A stretch of 46,373 nt of DNA, from contig JBBRCX010000029.1 in the NCBI GenBank assembly GCA_038204465.1, positions 1-46,373 of the forward strand. The letters are read 5' to 3'. The position numbers and the translations under genes were made by a program. Of this stretch, positions 19,633 to 29,400 are shown piece by piece. This DNA comes from Tepidisphaerales bacterium (GTDB lineage: Bacteria > Planctomycetota > Phycisphaerae > Tepidisphaerales > Tepidisphaeraceae). The notes below the pieces were generated by a model that was not told where the DNA came from, searched no databases, and saw nothing but the letters and a program-made list of their open reading frames with translations. Within the stretch, counting starts at the first letter, position 1. Each line of letters begins with the position of its first letter.

Positions 19633-21510
19633 ATGAGCGCTTCCCTGCAAGAACTTGGCGTCCCGGTGAAGAGCGTGAGCTGGGTGCGGCTGCATCCAGG
19701 GCAGCTGCGCGACGGGTCGCCATCGCTGCTCGTTTCGATGGGACAGGACCACGGCGGGATGTTCGTCTGCGACATCGACTTGAGGAGCGGGCATTGCAGG
19801 CAGTACACGGCCACGATTGAAAATGCGGCGTTCCCGACCGCGAGCTTTCGCAGCGCCATCAGCGGGGTTCTATACCTGGGGTCTACCGGCGCGGGGCATC
19901 TGCACTGCTTCGATCCGGAAGCGCCAGACAAGGGCCTGGCGGACCTGGGGGCGATCGATCCGGAACTTTGCAGTTTTCCCTGTGAGATCGATGAAGGGCC
20001 GGACGGATCGATTTACATCGGGGCGCATCCGGGCGCTTCGCTGACGCGCTTCGATCCGCGGACGAAACAGTTCCAGCGCTTCGGTCGGATGGACCCGACT
20101 GACATGTACTTCTATCCGCGCTGCGGTGCGGACGGAACAGTGGCGGGGATCGTTCGAGTGATACGGCCGCACCTGCAGTTGTTCGACCCGAGGACGGGGG
20201 AGCAGCGGACGGTTGGTCCGGTGTTCGACGCCGCGAGCATGAATGGTCCGTGGAACGAGAAGACCCTGGACCTCGTCAAGGACGCACAGGGAATGCTCTA
20301 CCTCAAGTCGATTGAGGGGAACTTTCGCTTGGCGGGGCTGGAGGCGAGGCAGATTGAGAGCGTGCCGCCCGCGGCGGCGGCGGCGACGCTGCCAGACGGA
20401 ATCGCGCCGAGGTTTCTCGACGAAAAGTCATTGCAGTTTAGGCGCATCGAGCTCGCGAACAAAGAGGGGAACACGCGGGAGCTTTCGCTGGATTGGAAAG
20501 GAGGCGGGAGCAACATCTTCCTGATTCACCAGGGGCCGGACGGAAAGATCTATGGCTCCAGCGCGATGCCGGAACATCTGTTCCGCTGCGAGCTCGATGG
20601 ATCGGGGATGATCGATCTCGGGCAGTGCAGCCTTTCGATGGGCGATGCGTATTCGATGGGGAACGCGGCGGGCAAGCTATACATCGCATCATATCCAGGC
20701 GCGCGCCTGTCGGTGTATGACCCCTCGAAACCGTATCGATTCGGCGAAGATGACGCAGCGAATCCGCGCGATCTGGGACGGATCGACGATGCCGCCTATC
20801 GGCCGAGGGCAATGCTGACGGGGCCGGCGGGGAAGGTGTGGATTGGGTCGATCCCGGACTACGGCACGTGGGGCGGGACGCTGGTGAATTACGATCCCGG
20901 CACGGGCAGATTCATCAGTCATCGGCACGTCGTTCCAGATTGCAGCGTTGTGGCGCTGGAGTGGCTTCCCGAGCTGAAGCAGATTCTCGTTGGAACTTCA
21001 GTGAACGGCGGGAGCGGGACAACGCCGCGGGCGTCGCAGGCGGCGTTCGCATTCTGGGACCCGCTGCGCGATGAGGCGGTTGCGACCGAGACCTTTGGGC
21101 TGGAGAACATTGACGGAATCATGGACCTGAGGCGCGTTGACGGCGGGAATGTCTACGCCGTGATCGTATTTCGGGAACGAAATGGGCGTGAGGAGGTCAG
21201 CTACCGCGCGGAACTGGTACTGCTGGACGTGCGGAACCGCCGGGTAATCGATCGATCGCGGTTTGGGGAGGACGGCTGGCCGCTGGAATTGTCGCTGCGC
21301 GCAGCGAACGATGGATCGGTCTACGGGGCGTGCCTGCCGTATCTCTATCGAATCGCGCCGGGGAGCGCGCGGCGGGAAGTTGTGTGGAAGACACCGATCG
21401 GGAATGTGCGGGATCATGTGAACATTGCGGGGCCGATTGTCGGGGATTCGTTGTATTTTGCGTCAGGGCCGCAGTTGAGGAAGATCGGATTGGCGGGGTT
21501 GTCGTCGTAA
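19633..21510 (+). CDS. Beta-propeller repeat protein (YncE/NHL-like), function unknown
   Basis: Repeated blades of the form (K)IYIGxxPGAxLxxFDPxTxxF, e.g. SIYIGAHPGASLTRFDPRTKQFQRF, KLYIASYPGARLSVYDPSKP, KVWIGSIPDYGTWGGTLVNYDPGTGRF. Start taken at the ATG at 19633, just after the upstream stop. An earlier in-frame start at 19534 or 19558 is possible. Confidence 0.5.
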   Translation: MSASLQELGVPVKSVSWVRLHPGQLRDGSPSLLVSMGQDHGGMFVCDIDLRSGHCRQYTATIENAAFPTASFRSAISGVLYLGSTGAGHLHCFDPEAPDKGLADLGAIDPELCSFPCEIDEGPDGSIYIGAHPGASLTRFDPRTKQFQRFGRMDPTDMYFYPRCGADGTVAGIVRVIRPHLQLFDPRTGEQRTVGPVFDAASMNGPWNEKTLDLVKDAQGMLYLKSIEGNFRLAGLEARQIESVPPAAAAATLPDGIAPRFLDEKSLQFRRIELANKEGNTRELSLDWKGGGSNIFLIHQGPDGKIYGSSAMPEHLFRCELDGSGMIDLGQCSLSMGDAYSMGNAAGKLYIASYPGARLSVYDPSKPYRFGEDDAANPRDLGRIDDAAYRPRAMLTGPAGKVWIGSIPDYGTWGGTLVNYDPGTGRFISHRHVVPDCSVVALEWLPELKQILVGTSVNGGSGTTPRASQAAFAFWDPLRDEAVATETFGLENIDGIMDLRRVDGGNVYAVIVFRERNGREEVSYRAELVLLDVRNRRVIDRSRFGEDGWPLELSLRAANDGSVYGACLPYLYRIAPGSARREVVWKTPIGNVRDHVNIAGPIVGDSLYFASGPQLRKIGLAGLSS

Positions 21511-21517
21511 CGCGGCC

Positions 21518-22741
21518 GTGAAGCGGATGCTTACATCCAGCAGCCAGCTCCAGGGTGGAAAGGAGTTTGCAGTGCGAATGTTTCTGACCCAGGGGATTGG
21601 GTGGGCGCTGGTGGCGGCGGCGCTGCTCGATGTGTTTTTCACGACGCTCTACGCGCGGCATGGGCCGCTGGTCATCAGCGATTATCTGGGGCGAGGGTGC
21701 TGGGGATTGTTCCGTGCTGTAGCGCGGCGGACGCCCCATCGGATTCGCGACGGCATCCTTTCGTTTTGCGGGCCTGTGTTGATGGTGGTGATCGTGACGG
21801 TCTGGGTAAGCATGATCAACCTCGGGTTTGCGCTGATCATCTGGCCGTTTCTTGGCGGTTCCATTCGGGCGAGCAACGGGGGCGCGACGCCGAGCGACTT
21901 CATCTCCGCGCTGTACATGAGCGGCTACTACATGACGACGGTTGGCAACGGCGATCTTCAGCCGGTGAGCGGATACCTCAAAATGTTGCTGGTGCTGGAC
22001 TCGGCGCTGGGGCTCTCGGTGATCACCTTGACGCTGACATACTTCCTGCAGGTTTATAACGCCCTGCAGGGGCGCAACAGGCTGGCGCTATCGCTGCACC
22101 ACCGGACCGGCGCGACGGGTGACGCGGCTCGCCTGGTTTCCGGTCTGGGCGGCGCCGGCGACTTTGACGGCGCCCGCGCGGAGTTGAGCGACATCGCGGA
22201 GGAATTGCTGGCCGTCTATGAAGCGCATCACTTTTATCCGTCATTGTTGTACTTCCGCTTCCCGGAGAAGCACCACATGTCGTCGCGCGTGGCGTTCATC
22301 GTGATGGAGACCGCGACGCTGGTCCGCAGCGGGCTAAACGAGAAGCGCTATGCGGCGCTGGTCCGGTCCGGCGCGGTGACTCAGCTGTGGGAAGGCGGCA
22401 TGCAGGTGCTGAGCGAGCTGGCCAAGATTTACCTCGGACGGACGAAGATCAACCGGGAAGCCCCGCCCGACGAAAAGGCGGTTCGGGTTTGGCGCAAACA
22501 TTACCACGAGGCGGTGCAACACCTGCGCTCGGAAGGGATCGCAACCATCGAAGACGAACAGGCCGGCGAGAGGAAATACGTAAAGCTTCGCCGGCGATGG
22601 GATCCGTACGTCACCGCATTTGCCAATTACCTGGTGCACGATCTGGAAGAAGTCGAGCCTTCGGAACACTCGAAGGACGGTGGACAGGCCGAGGATTCTG
22701 AGAACGCGGACCTGGATTTGGCCGGTTACCGCAACGCGTAG
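21518..22741 (+). CDS. Potassium-channel-like ion channel protein (2TM/P-loop, Ion_trans_2-type) with variant selectivity filter TVGNGD and a ~220-aa cytoplasmic C-terminal domain
   Basis: Outer helix (VLMVVIVTVWVSMINLGFALIIWPF), pore helix + filter (FISALYMSGYYMTTVGNGD; nt ~21938-21955), inner helix (GYLKMLLVLDSALGLSVITLTLTYFL). The start is 8 bp after the propeller gene stop. Confidence 0.6.
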   Translation: MKRMLTSSSQLQGGKEFAVRMFLTQGIGWALVAAALLDVFFTTLYARHGPLVISDYLGRGCWGLFRAVARRTPHRIRDGILSFCGPVLMVVIVTVWVSMINLGFALIIWPFLGGSIRASNGGATPSDFISALYMSGYYMTTVGNGDLQPVSGYLKMLLVLDSALGLSVITLTLTYFLQVYNALQGRNRLALSLHHRTGATGDAARLVSGLGGAGDFDGARAELSDIAEELLAVYEAHHFYPSLLYFRFPEKHHMSSRVAFIVMETATLVRSGLNEKRYAALVRSGAVTQLWEGGMQVLSELAKIYLGRTKINREAPPDEKAVRVWRKHYHEAVQHLRSEGIATIEDEQAGERKYVKLRRRWDPYVTAFANYLVHDLEEVEPSEHSKDGGQAEDSENADLDLAGYRNA

Positions 22742-22995
22742 AGGTAGCTGGTCATGTCGCGCGCATCGGGCTCTTTCACGTGAAGGTCCGGCATCGCGGT
22801 CTTCTCGTCGACCGCGGGCACCTTTCCCTTCACCACCGTCGGCGCCATGGTGATGGTCTCGCCCTTGGTGACATCGCCGACCTTCGTCTTCCACAGCGGC
22901 TTGCCGCTGGTGGCATCGACGACAACCGTGTGCGCGTTCCCGTCGCCGGCGCCTCGATTTCGCGCCCCCAAGCCGTTAAAAACGTCACGCGGCAT
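22726..22995 (-). pseudogene. Remnant of a quinohemoprotein PQQ-dependent alcohol dehydrogenase: ~50 aa of a propeller blade fused in frame to the last ~35 aa of a cytochrome c domain
   Basis: VVVDATSGKPLWKTKVGDVTKGETITMAPTVVKGKV matches the PQQ-ADH blade pattern (ALDAKTGK.WK...G.T.T.AP.VK.K). The C-terminal ...TAMPDLHVKEPDARDMTSYLYAL matches the usual c-type cytochrome C-terminal helix (MP.F..L.D.E..AL.AYL.SL). Total 89 aa against ~700 aa for intact enzymes. It overlaps the channel gene stop by 16 nt on the opposite strand. Confidence 0.5.
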
Positions 22996-23015
22996 ACCAG
23001 CGAGCGGAGCAACCG

Positions 23016-23468
23016 ATGGTCATCGATCGCATCGAGAATTCAGCCCGATACGATGTGCTCGGCAACGGGATCGCCCTCGCGCTGCGCGCCCTGCGCGAAG
23101 GTCATCTGGTCCGGCGCGAGGCGGGCCGCTACGACCTGATGGGCGATGCGGTCTACGCTCTGGTGCAGGCATACGAGACAAAGCCGCGCGAGCAGGGCGT
23201 CTGGGAAGCGCATCGCAAATACATCGACGTCCAGTTCGTGGCCGAGGGCACTGAAGTAATGGCCTACGCCAACCTCGCCGACCTCAAGCCGCGGCAGCCC
23301 TATGACGACGCCAACGACTACGCGCTCTTCGACGGCCTGGGCAGCTTCGTGACCGTCAGCAGCGGGATGTTCACCATCTTCTATCCCGAGGACGCCCACA
23401 TGCCGGGCCTGGCCGCAGCTTCGCCGGAACCGGTCGAAAAGGTGGTCGTCAAGGTGCGCGTAAGCTAG
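23016..23468 (+). CDS. YhcH/YjgK/YiaL-family (DUF386) protein
   Basis: ...HRKYIDVQFVAEGTEVMAYA...FTIFYPEDAHMPG matches the family hallmark (H..Y.DIQ...EG.E.I......F.IFFP.D.H.P). Confidence 0.6.
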   Translation: MVIDRIENSARYDVLGNGIALALRALREGHLVRREAGRYDLMGDAVYALVQAYETKPREQGVWEAHRKYIDVQFVAEGTEVMAYANLADLKPRQPYDDANDYALFDGLGSFVTVSSGMFTIFYPEDAHMPGLAAASPEPVEKVVVKVRVS

Positions 23469-23664
23469 CAGCATCCCAACCGCAGCGGCCGACCTCATCC
23501 TTCGGACCACCCGCTCCTTTGCGTCGTTCCGCCGATTCAGGTTTCTTCGCTCCCCCAAATCCCAATGCTTCGCGCATCGCGAGCCACCATCGCCACCTCT
23601 TTTCATTATATATTCTTTCTATCGTCCACCCACTGCCGTCTGGTATTTCGGCCCCGCCGCGCGC

Positions 23665-24444
23665 TCAGGTCTGATTTGACAGGCCGAAGAAGAAGGCCTG
23701 CTGGCCGGGATTACGCCCGGTGCGGCGGGGCGGACTGTCGCGGAAGCTCATCTCCAACTCGTCGTTCTCGCGCAGCCACCCGTCGATCAGCCCATACTTT
23801 CCGTTCAATTCATACCGGATGGTGAAGTGCGACAGGTCCCTGGGGTCGGCCTGCCCGGAGAAGAGCCGCAGCCGTCCCGTGCTCGCCACCTGAATGCCGG
23901 TGCTGTAGACGGCTCCCGTCGTCTTCAGCTCAGCGCCGGGACGCCAGCCCGCAGGCACAAAAGCGACCGCGTCCAGCTTGACCGCCCGTTCGCGGCGCGT
24001 CGCGTCCGCCAGGTAGGCGACCACCGCGATCAGCCGGTCCTTGCCGCTGGTGCTGCGCCGGTGATGCAGGAAGGTAATGCCCGCCTCATTACCCCCCATC
24101 GTCTTCCACGGCGCCGGCAGCGCTCCAGCGGGCGCTTGCCAACTGCCCGGGACGTTGGACCGGTTGGCGACGAAGACCGGGCCGTACCCCTCGTTCTTCA
24201 TCAGCCTCGATGCTTCCGCGGGATCATCATCGTAGACCACGCGATCGCGCGGTGCGGCGTAGTCGAGGCATTCCTGCTGGCGCGACAGGTATTTGGATTG
24301 GTGCCACAGGGCGGGACCGAAGTGACCGGCGGGCCAGCCAAAAGCGCAAAGCAGCAGCCAGATCATCCCCCGCCGCCAGTTGCCGCGACGATACCAGACA
24401 GGAAGCGGCGCGTAATCGAGGGTCAGTCTCTTTCCCGCCTTCAT
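23665..24444 (-). CDS. Hypothetical membrane-anchored protein, last gene of the giant-protein / sulfatase operon
   Basis: 259-aa ORF with an N-terminal TM helix (MIWLLLCAFGWPAGHF), co-directional with and 104 bp downstream of the sulfatase. Confidence 0.45.
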   Translation of the reverse strand: MKAGKRLTLDYAPLPVWYRRGNWRRGMIWLLLCAFGWPAGHFGPALWHQSKYLSRQQECLDYAAPRDRVVYDDDPAEASRLMKNEGYGPVFVANRSNVPGSWQAPAGALPAPWKTMGGNEAGITFLHHRRSTSGKDRLIAVVAYLADATRRERAVKLDAVAFVPAGWRPGAELKTTGAVYSTGIQVASTGRLRLFSGQADPRDLSHFTIRYELNGKYGLIDGWLRENDELEMSFRDSPPRRTGRNPGQQAFFFGLSNQT

Positions 24445-24547
24445 GAAGGGAAGCCTCCTGCCAATCTATAGAGTAGCAACTCCGCATGAATTCACTAGTA
24501 GATTTTTGGCGACAACTTTAGAACCGCGGAGGACTTCTTCCGCCCGG

Positions 24548-26362
24548 TTATCGCAGGTAGTTCAGCGATCGAAGCTGCCGCTGCGTCTGGGCATCGGGCT
24601 TTCCGGGCGTCGCTTGCCGGGTCGTCGCGCCGTGCCCGCGCCGACGCTCGATGTACAGTCCCGGCGAGTCCGCCTGAAAAGCGCGCCGGTTGAAAGGCTC
24701 CTGCCATTCCGATTCCGGCAGGTTCACGACCGCCGGAAGGGACTGCGGATGGGTTCGACTCCGGCCAAGAAAGACCTGCTCCGGCTTCGTTTCCCCGCTG
24801 AGCTTCAGGTCAACCTTGATCGGCGCGTCCGCCGGCGAGATCTGCAGGTACATCCCCTTGGTCTTGCCGCCGGGGTACGACATCCAGCGGATGCTCCTGC
24901 CGTCCTCCGACGGCTCCACCCCATCGCGCTCGTAGTCCATGTCGATCGGAATGAAAACCAGGAACTGCCCGTCCGGCGCGGTCAGCTTCACCTCGAACTC
25001 GCCGCTGCCGTGCGCGTAGAGCATCCAGTAGTTTTCCTCCGAAACCCACTGGCTCATCAGGCTCGATAGCGGCGCCAGCGCAGCCGCCTGGCCCGCGCTG
25101 ACTTCCGTTTGCTCGTCCGGCAGCTTGTACAACTGCTGCCCCCCCTCGACCAGGTCGTACACCAGCTTCCAGGGCGGCAGGATCAATGTCTTGAGGATGC
25201 GCCCCTCCAGGACTGCCTTGGTCTCACTCTGAACGGCGCGATCCGGTAACGACCCCCCCTTCAGCAGCGGCAGAAGGCTCATGCCTTCAAACGTGGCCGG
25301 CCGCTCTATCCCGCACCGCTCAAGGATGGTTGGCGCAACATCCATCAGCATCACGGGCGCATCGATCGAGGCCGGCTTGCCCTTCAGCGGCGATGGATCG
25401 GACAGGATCAGCACCGTGCGGATCTCCTCGTCGAAGAGCGTCGCGCCGTGCAGCGTCCATCCATGCTCTTCAAACGCTTCGCCATGATCGGAAAACAGGA
25501 CGAGCAGCGTGTCCGGCGGAAGCTTCTCGATGAGCCGCCCCAACTCGTGGTCGAGCCAGGCGATCTCGCCGTCATACGCGGCCTTCAATTGTTCAAGCTG
25601 CTCCGCCGGAAGCTGTTGCTCCGGCGTCCGTCCCGCCCATGCCAACTCATGCGTCCGCGCCCCGCTCAGCGTGTTCTGAAACACCTGCCGGTACGGCTCC
25701 GGCGGGTCATACGGATCGTGCGCATCGTAATAGTGCACAAAAAGAAAGAACGGTTTCTCCGATGCAGTGTTCGGCCGGCTCGAAAGCCAGTCGAGCGCAG
25801 CGCCTGTCATATGTTCACAATCGCCGGATGCCGTGTCGGCTTCGAACTCGCGCCACAGATCGAAGCCGCGGTTGAATCCCCAATGCGCCCGCATCTGACC
25901 GTTGTTGACCAGCGCCGCCGTGGTGTACCCGCCGGCCTTCATCCTCTCGGCGAGCGTCGGGATGGAATCGGAGAGCACTTCATCGATGTTCTCCACCCGG
26001 TTATGCGACGGCAGCATCGACGTCATCAGCGACATGTGCGAAGGAAGCGTCCACGGCGCCTGTCCGCGCGCCCAGTTAAATCGCGCTCCCTTCGCCGCCA
26101 GCGCGTCGATGTTCGAGCTGGTCTTCCGTGAGTAGCCGTAGCACCCAAGATGATCGGGACGGACGGTGTCGATGGAGATGAGCACAACGTTGGGCCGCCG
26201 CGCCGGCGCGGTCGCCACGGCCTGTCGCTCGATCGGCTTAGTCGAGTTCTTCTCAGCGCCGCGCAGCAGGAGGTACGCTCCCGCCGCCAGTGCGAGCAAA
26301 GCAATCGCGATAATCGTCGCCCGCCTCAAGATCACTCCAGACGCACAACCGCCAGATGACAA
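24548..26362 (-). CDS. Sulfatase (arylsulfatase/alkaline-phosphatase superfamily) with a ~200-aa C-terminal extension
   Basis: N-terminal TM/signal segment, then NVVLISIDTVRPDHLGCYGY (the formylglycine Cys-x-Pro-x-R-type region; here DTVRPD with a CYGY metal-binding context). Sulfatase-fold motifs run through ~aa 400. Confidence 0.75.
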   Translation of the reverse strand: MSSGGCASGVILRRATIIAIALLALAAGAYLLLRGAEKNSTKPIERQAVATAPARRPNVVLISIDTVRPDHLGCYGYSRKTSSNIDALAAKGARFNWARGQAPWTLPSHMSLMTSMLPSHNRVENIDEVLSDSIPTLAERMKAGGYTTAALVNNGQMRAHWGFNRGFDLWREFEADTASGDCEHMTGAALDWLSSRPNTASEKPFFLFVHYYDAHDPYDPPEPYRQVFQNTLSGARTHELAWAGRTPEQQLPAEQLEQLKAAYDGEIAWLDHELGRLIEKLPPDTLLVLFSDHGEAFEEHGWTLHGATLFDEEIRTVLILSDPSPLKGKPASIDAPVMLMDVAPTILERCGIERPATFEGMSLLPLLKGGSLPDRAVQSETKAVLEGRILKTLILPPWKLVYDLVEGGQQLYKLPDEQTEVSAGQAAALAPLSSLMSQWVSEENYWMLYAHGSGEFEVKLTAPDGQFLVFIPIDMDYERDGVEPSEDGRSIRWMSYPGGKTKGMYLQISPADAPIKVDLKLSGETKPEQVFLGRSRTHPQSLPAVVNLPESEWQEPFNRRAFQADSPGLYIERRRGHGATTRQATPGKPDAQTQRQLRSLNYLR

Positions 26363-26427
26363 ACCGTCAAAGAAGAAGGAGGATCGAGCCTCGATCCTCC
26401 GTTCTCTATCTCAAATTCTCGAGCCGG

Positions 26428-29400
26428 TTACTTCGGGATCTCATACAACCGCGTGGCGATCCTGCCCCAGTTGTAATTGTAGAAGGTCCCATCGCCGTAG
26501 TACCCGGTCTCGCCGATCTTGTCGCCGTAGATGCCCACCCACACGTTCTCGTAACCCGGCTCGCCGGTCAGGTCATCCTCGAAGAAGCCGTCCTGCGACG
26601 TGATCTCCCGCTCGTCGAACACCACCTGGATCTTCGACCCCGCCTTCAGCCCCGGCACGTTGAAGCGCACGCTCTTCAGGCTCGCCGGGCTTGGGCCCAC
26701 CGAGCCGTCACACAGCGCGATCTCCTTGCCGTCCTGCACCAGCAGCGTGCGCTCCCACCAGACGTTGGCGCCTTTACTCAAGAAACCGAAGCCATCGATA
26801 ACCTTGCCGTCCAGCCCGAGCGATTCCACCGGGACTTCAAGGCGGACAAACCTCCCCGACTCCGGCAGCGCGCCCTGGTTCTTGAATTCCGGCTCGGTGA
26901 ACGCATATTTCTCGAGCTTTGCCTGCCCCTCGGGGGTGGGTTTTCCGTCCGGGCCGCAGAAGCCGATCGTGCCCCAGAACATCTGGTGCATGTCCTTCGC
27001 CATCCACAGCCGAACGCCCGACGCGGTGAACTGCTGCTCGTTCCACGCTCCCCAGACGGCCTGATACCTCCAGTCGCCGTCGCCTCGCGCCATCAGCACG
27101 AGCGACTCCACCTTCTGGCCCTGCGGAATCATCACGTACTGGACGAGCTTGTCGCCCTTCTTCGCGGTGACTGGGCGGTCGGAGTGATAAAAGTGCTCGT
27201 GGTAATCCCCCATGAACGGATGGAAACGGCTCCACAGCGCGTCCCCGGTGTGAGAGGCGACGCCCTTGTCCTTCAACTCCGTGTTCCACTTCCAGTCGCC
27301 GCCGATGACGGGGCCCGAATTGGTGGCCATCAGATACGTCTTCCCGTTGGCCGAGCGCACCATGTGCTCCAGGTTCGGCGCGACGCTCACCTGTGGCGCC
27401 GGCTCCTCGCTGAAGAGGAACGACTCCATGAAACGGATCTCGCCATTCAGTCCGCGGTCCAGCGTCGGGTCCCCCGGGATGCCGATGATCGTGTAGCCCG
27501 TGTGGCTGCGGATGATCTCCGTCCAGTGCTCGAAACGCTGTACCGGCCACGGCATGTCGTTGAACACGTTGGGATACGTGTTGAGCACGCACGGCTCGCC
27601 CCGTGCCATCTTCTTGGTAAGCACCTCGCGGTCCAATTGCGAGGGCTGGAAGTAGGCGTTGTTCTCCGGCGCGAAGATGTCGTGCTCGAGGTAGTCCGGA
27701 TACACGATCCCATCCACTGTCGGCGCATACCAGCCCGCCGACATCCACAACGGATGACCGTTGGCCGCCGCCTTGATCTGCTTCGCATACTCCACGCGCT
27801 GTTCGTCGGTCCCGCCCGTGGGCGCGCCCTCCCATTGGATGTAATTCACGCCGATCACGTTCGGCTGGCTCACCAACTGCTGGATCAGCGACTTGGTCGC
27901 ATCGGTCATCGGCGGCGCGCCGGCGATGCTGTGCGAGATCATGTAGAGGTTCTGCTTCCAATCCACGTCCGGCGTCTGCGTCGCCTCCGACGCCGCCTGC
28001 CCCACGCCGCCGGTGTTGAAGCCCGTCTGCTTCCAATTCATGGGCAGGTGCGACATCGGGCTGGGCCCGAAGTTCTGCGGCATCTGCATGTGGCCTCGGT
28101 TGAAGAACGGCTTCCCGTTGATCACCAGGTGGTTCTTCTTGCTGATCGAGATGCTCTGGATGGGCGACAGCACCTCGGCGTGCATCTGCATCCGCCCGAA
28201 GCGCGGGCTCTTTCCGTCAAAGGTCACCTTCCCCGCCGCATCGGTCCCAACCACGTAGACGTAGTGGTCGCGGACCGGCTCGGTCTGCGAATGTTCCGGC
28301 AGCTGGCGGATATCGAGTTTTGCCTGCGCGAAGTTGGTGTCATCGCCCTGCCACGCGTCGGGTGTCCCCGGTGCGCCGGGCAGGGGCGACAGATTGAACC
28401 CTGCGACGAGCGACGAGAAATTCGGCAACTCCTGCGTCATCACCGCCTTGTCGTCGGCGGCCTTGCGCACCTCCAGTTTCACCGACGTCGTCTTCAACAG
28501 CGTCGGTCGCGCGACGCCGATGTTCATCGAAACGGTCTGCTCCGGCTCGCTCGGAAACGAGTAGCAGCGCAGCACGTCCACCCTGACCTTCTGGTTCCAG
28601 GTGCCGAAGGTCAGATCGGTGCTCGCGTTGTTCACCCCCACCTTCACGCGATATTCGCTGCGCCAGTCCGGCGCCAGCTCGGAAACCGCGTAAGGCAATT
28701 CGAGCGTCACGCGCTGCTTGCTCGCCAGGTTGTAAACCGCCGAAGGCGACTGGTCCGGGCCCTTCGCGGGCGGCGCTTCCATCTTCTCCTGGCCGGCGGT
28801 CCCGTTCGCATAGCCGGCCTTCTGCGGATCGTCCTCGCGGAAGGGCCCCGCGATGTTCATCGTGACGTTCCCCACCGCCGCCGCGCCGCCAAGGTTCGCC
28901 AGCGTGACCGTTGCGCGGTTGTCGCCATACAGGCGCTCCCCAAGATCGATCGCCTCGACTACCAGCGCCGGCGCTGCCGTATCGCTCACGAACGTCTTGC
29001 CGCCTCGAGCCGCGAGCTGCTGCTCACTCGACTCCATCTCGAACAGCGCGACGTTATCCACCCACAGCACGCCGGCGTGATTGATGTTCACCCAGCGGTT
29101 GATGTCGTCATGGTCGGATCCGTTGACGCCGCGAACGTTGATCCGCACGCGGCAACTCTTCAGCGCCACCGGCGCTCCCGCCGCCTGCGGCACGCCCGCG
29201 CCGCCTCCGGTCGTCTTCGGCTCCACCGGTGCAGGCGTGAAGACCGCCTGGTAGCGATGCCACCCGCCGGTCGTGCCGGGGGAGACCACGTCGAAGTAGA
29301 CTTCCTTGCCCTGGTCGTCCATCACCTGAACGATCATGTCGGCCAGCATGTATGCGTTGTATTCAAACTGCAGCGCCATTCGCTGCGGCGCCGCCTGGTT

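Noticed and set aside
24470-24500. GAATTCACTAGT (EcoRI-SpeI), resembling a pGEM-T-type polylinker fragment
   Set aside because: Only ~11-12 bp match and the flanking bases diverge immediately, so it is most likely coincidental. It could be trivially re-checked with a vector screen (e.g. UniVec).
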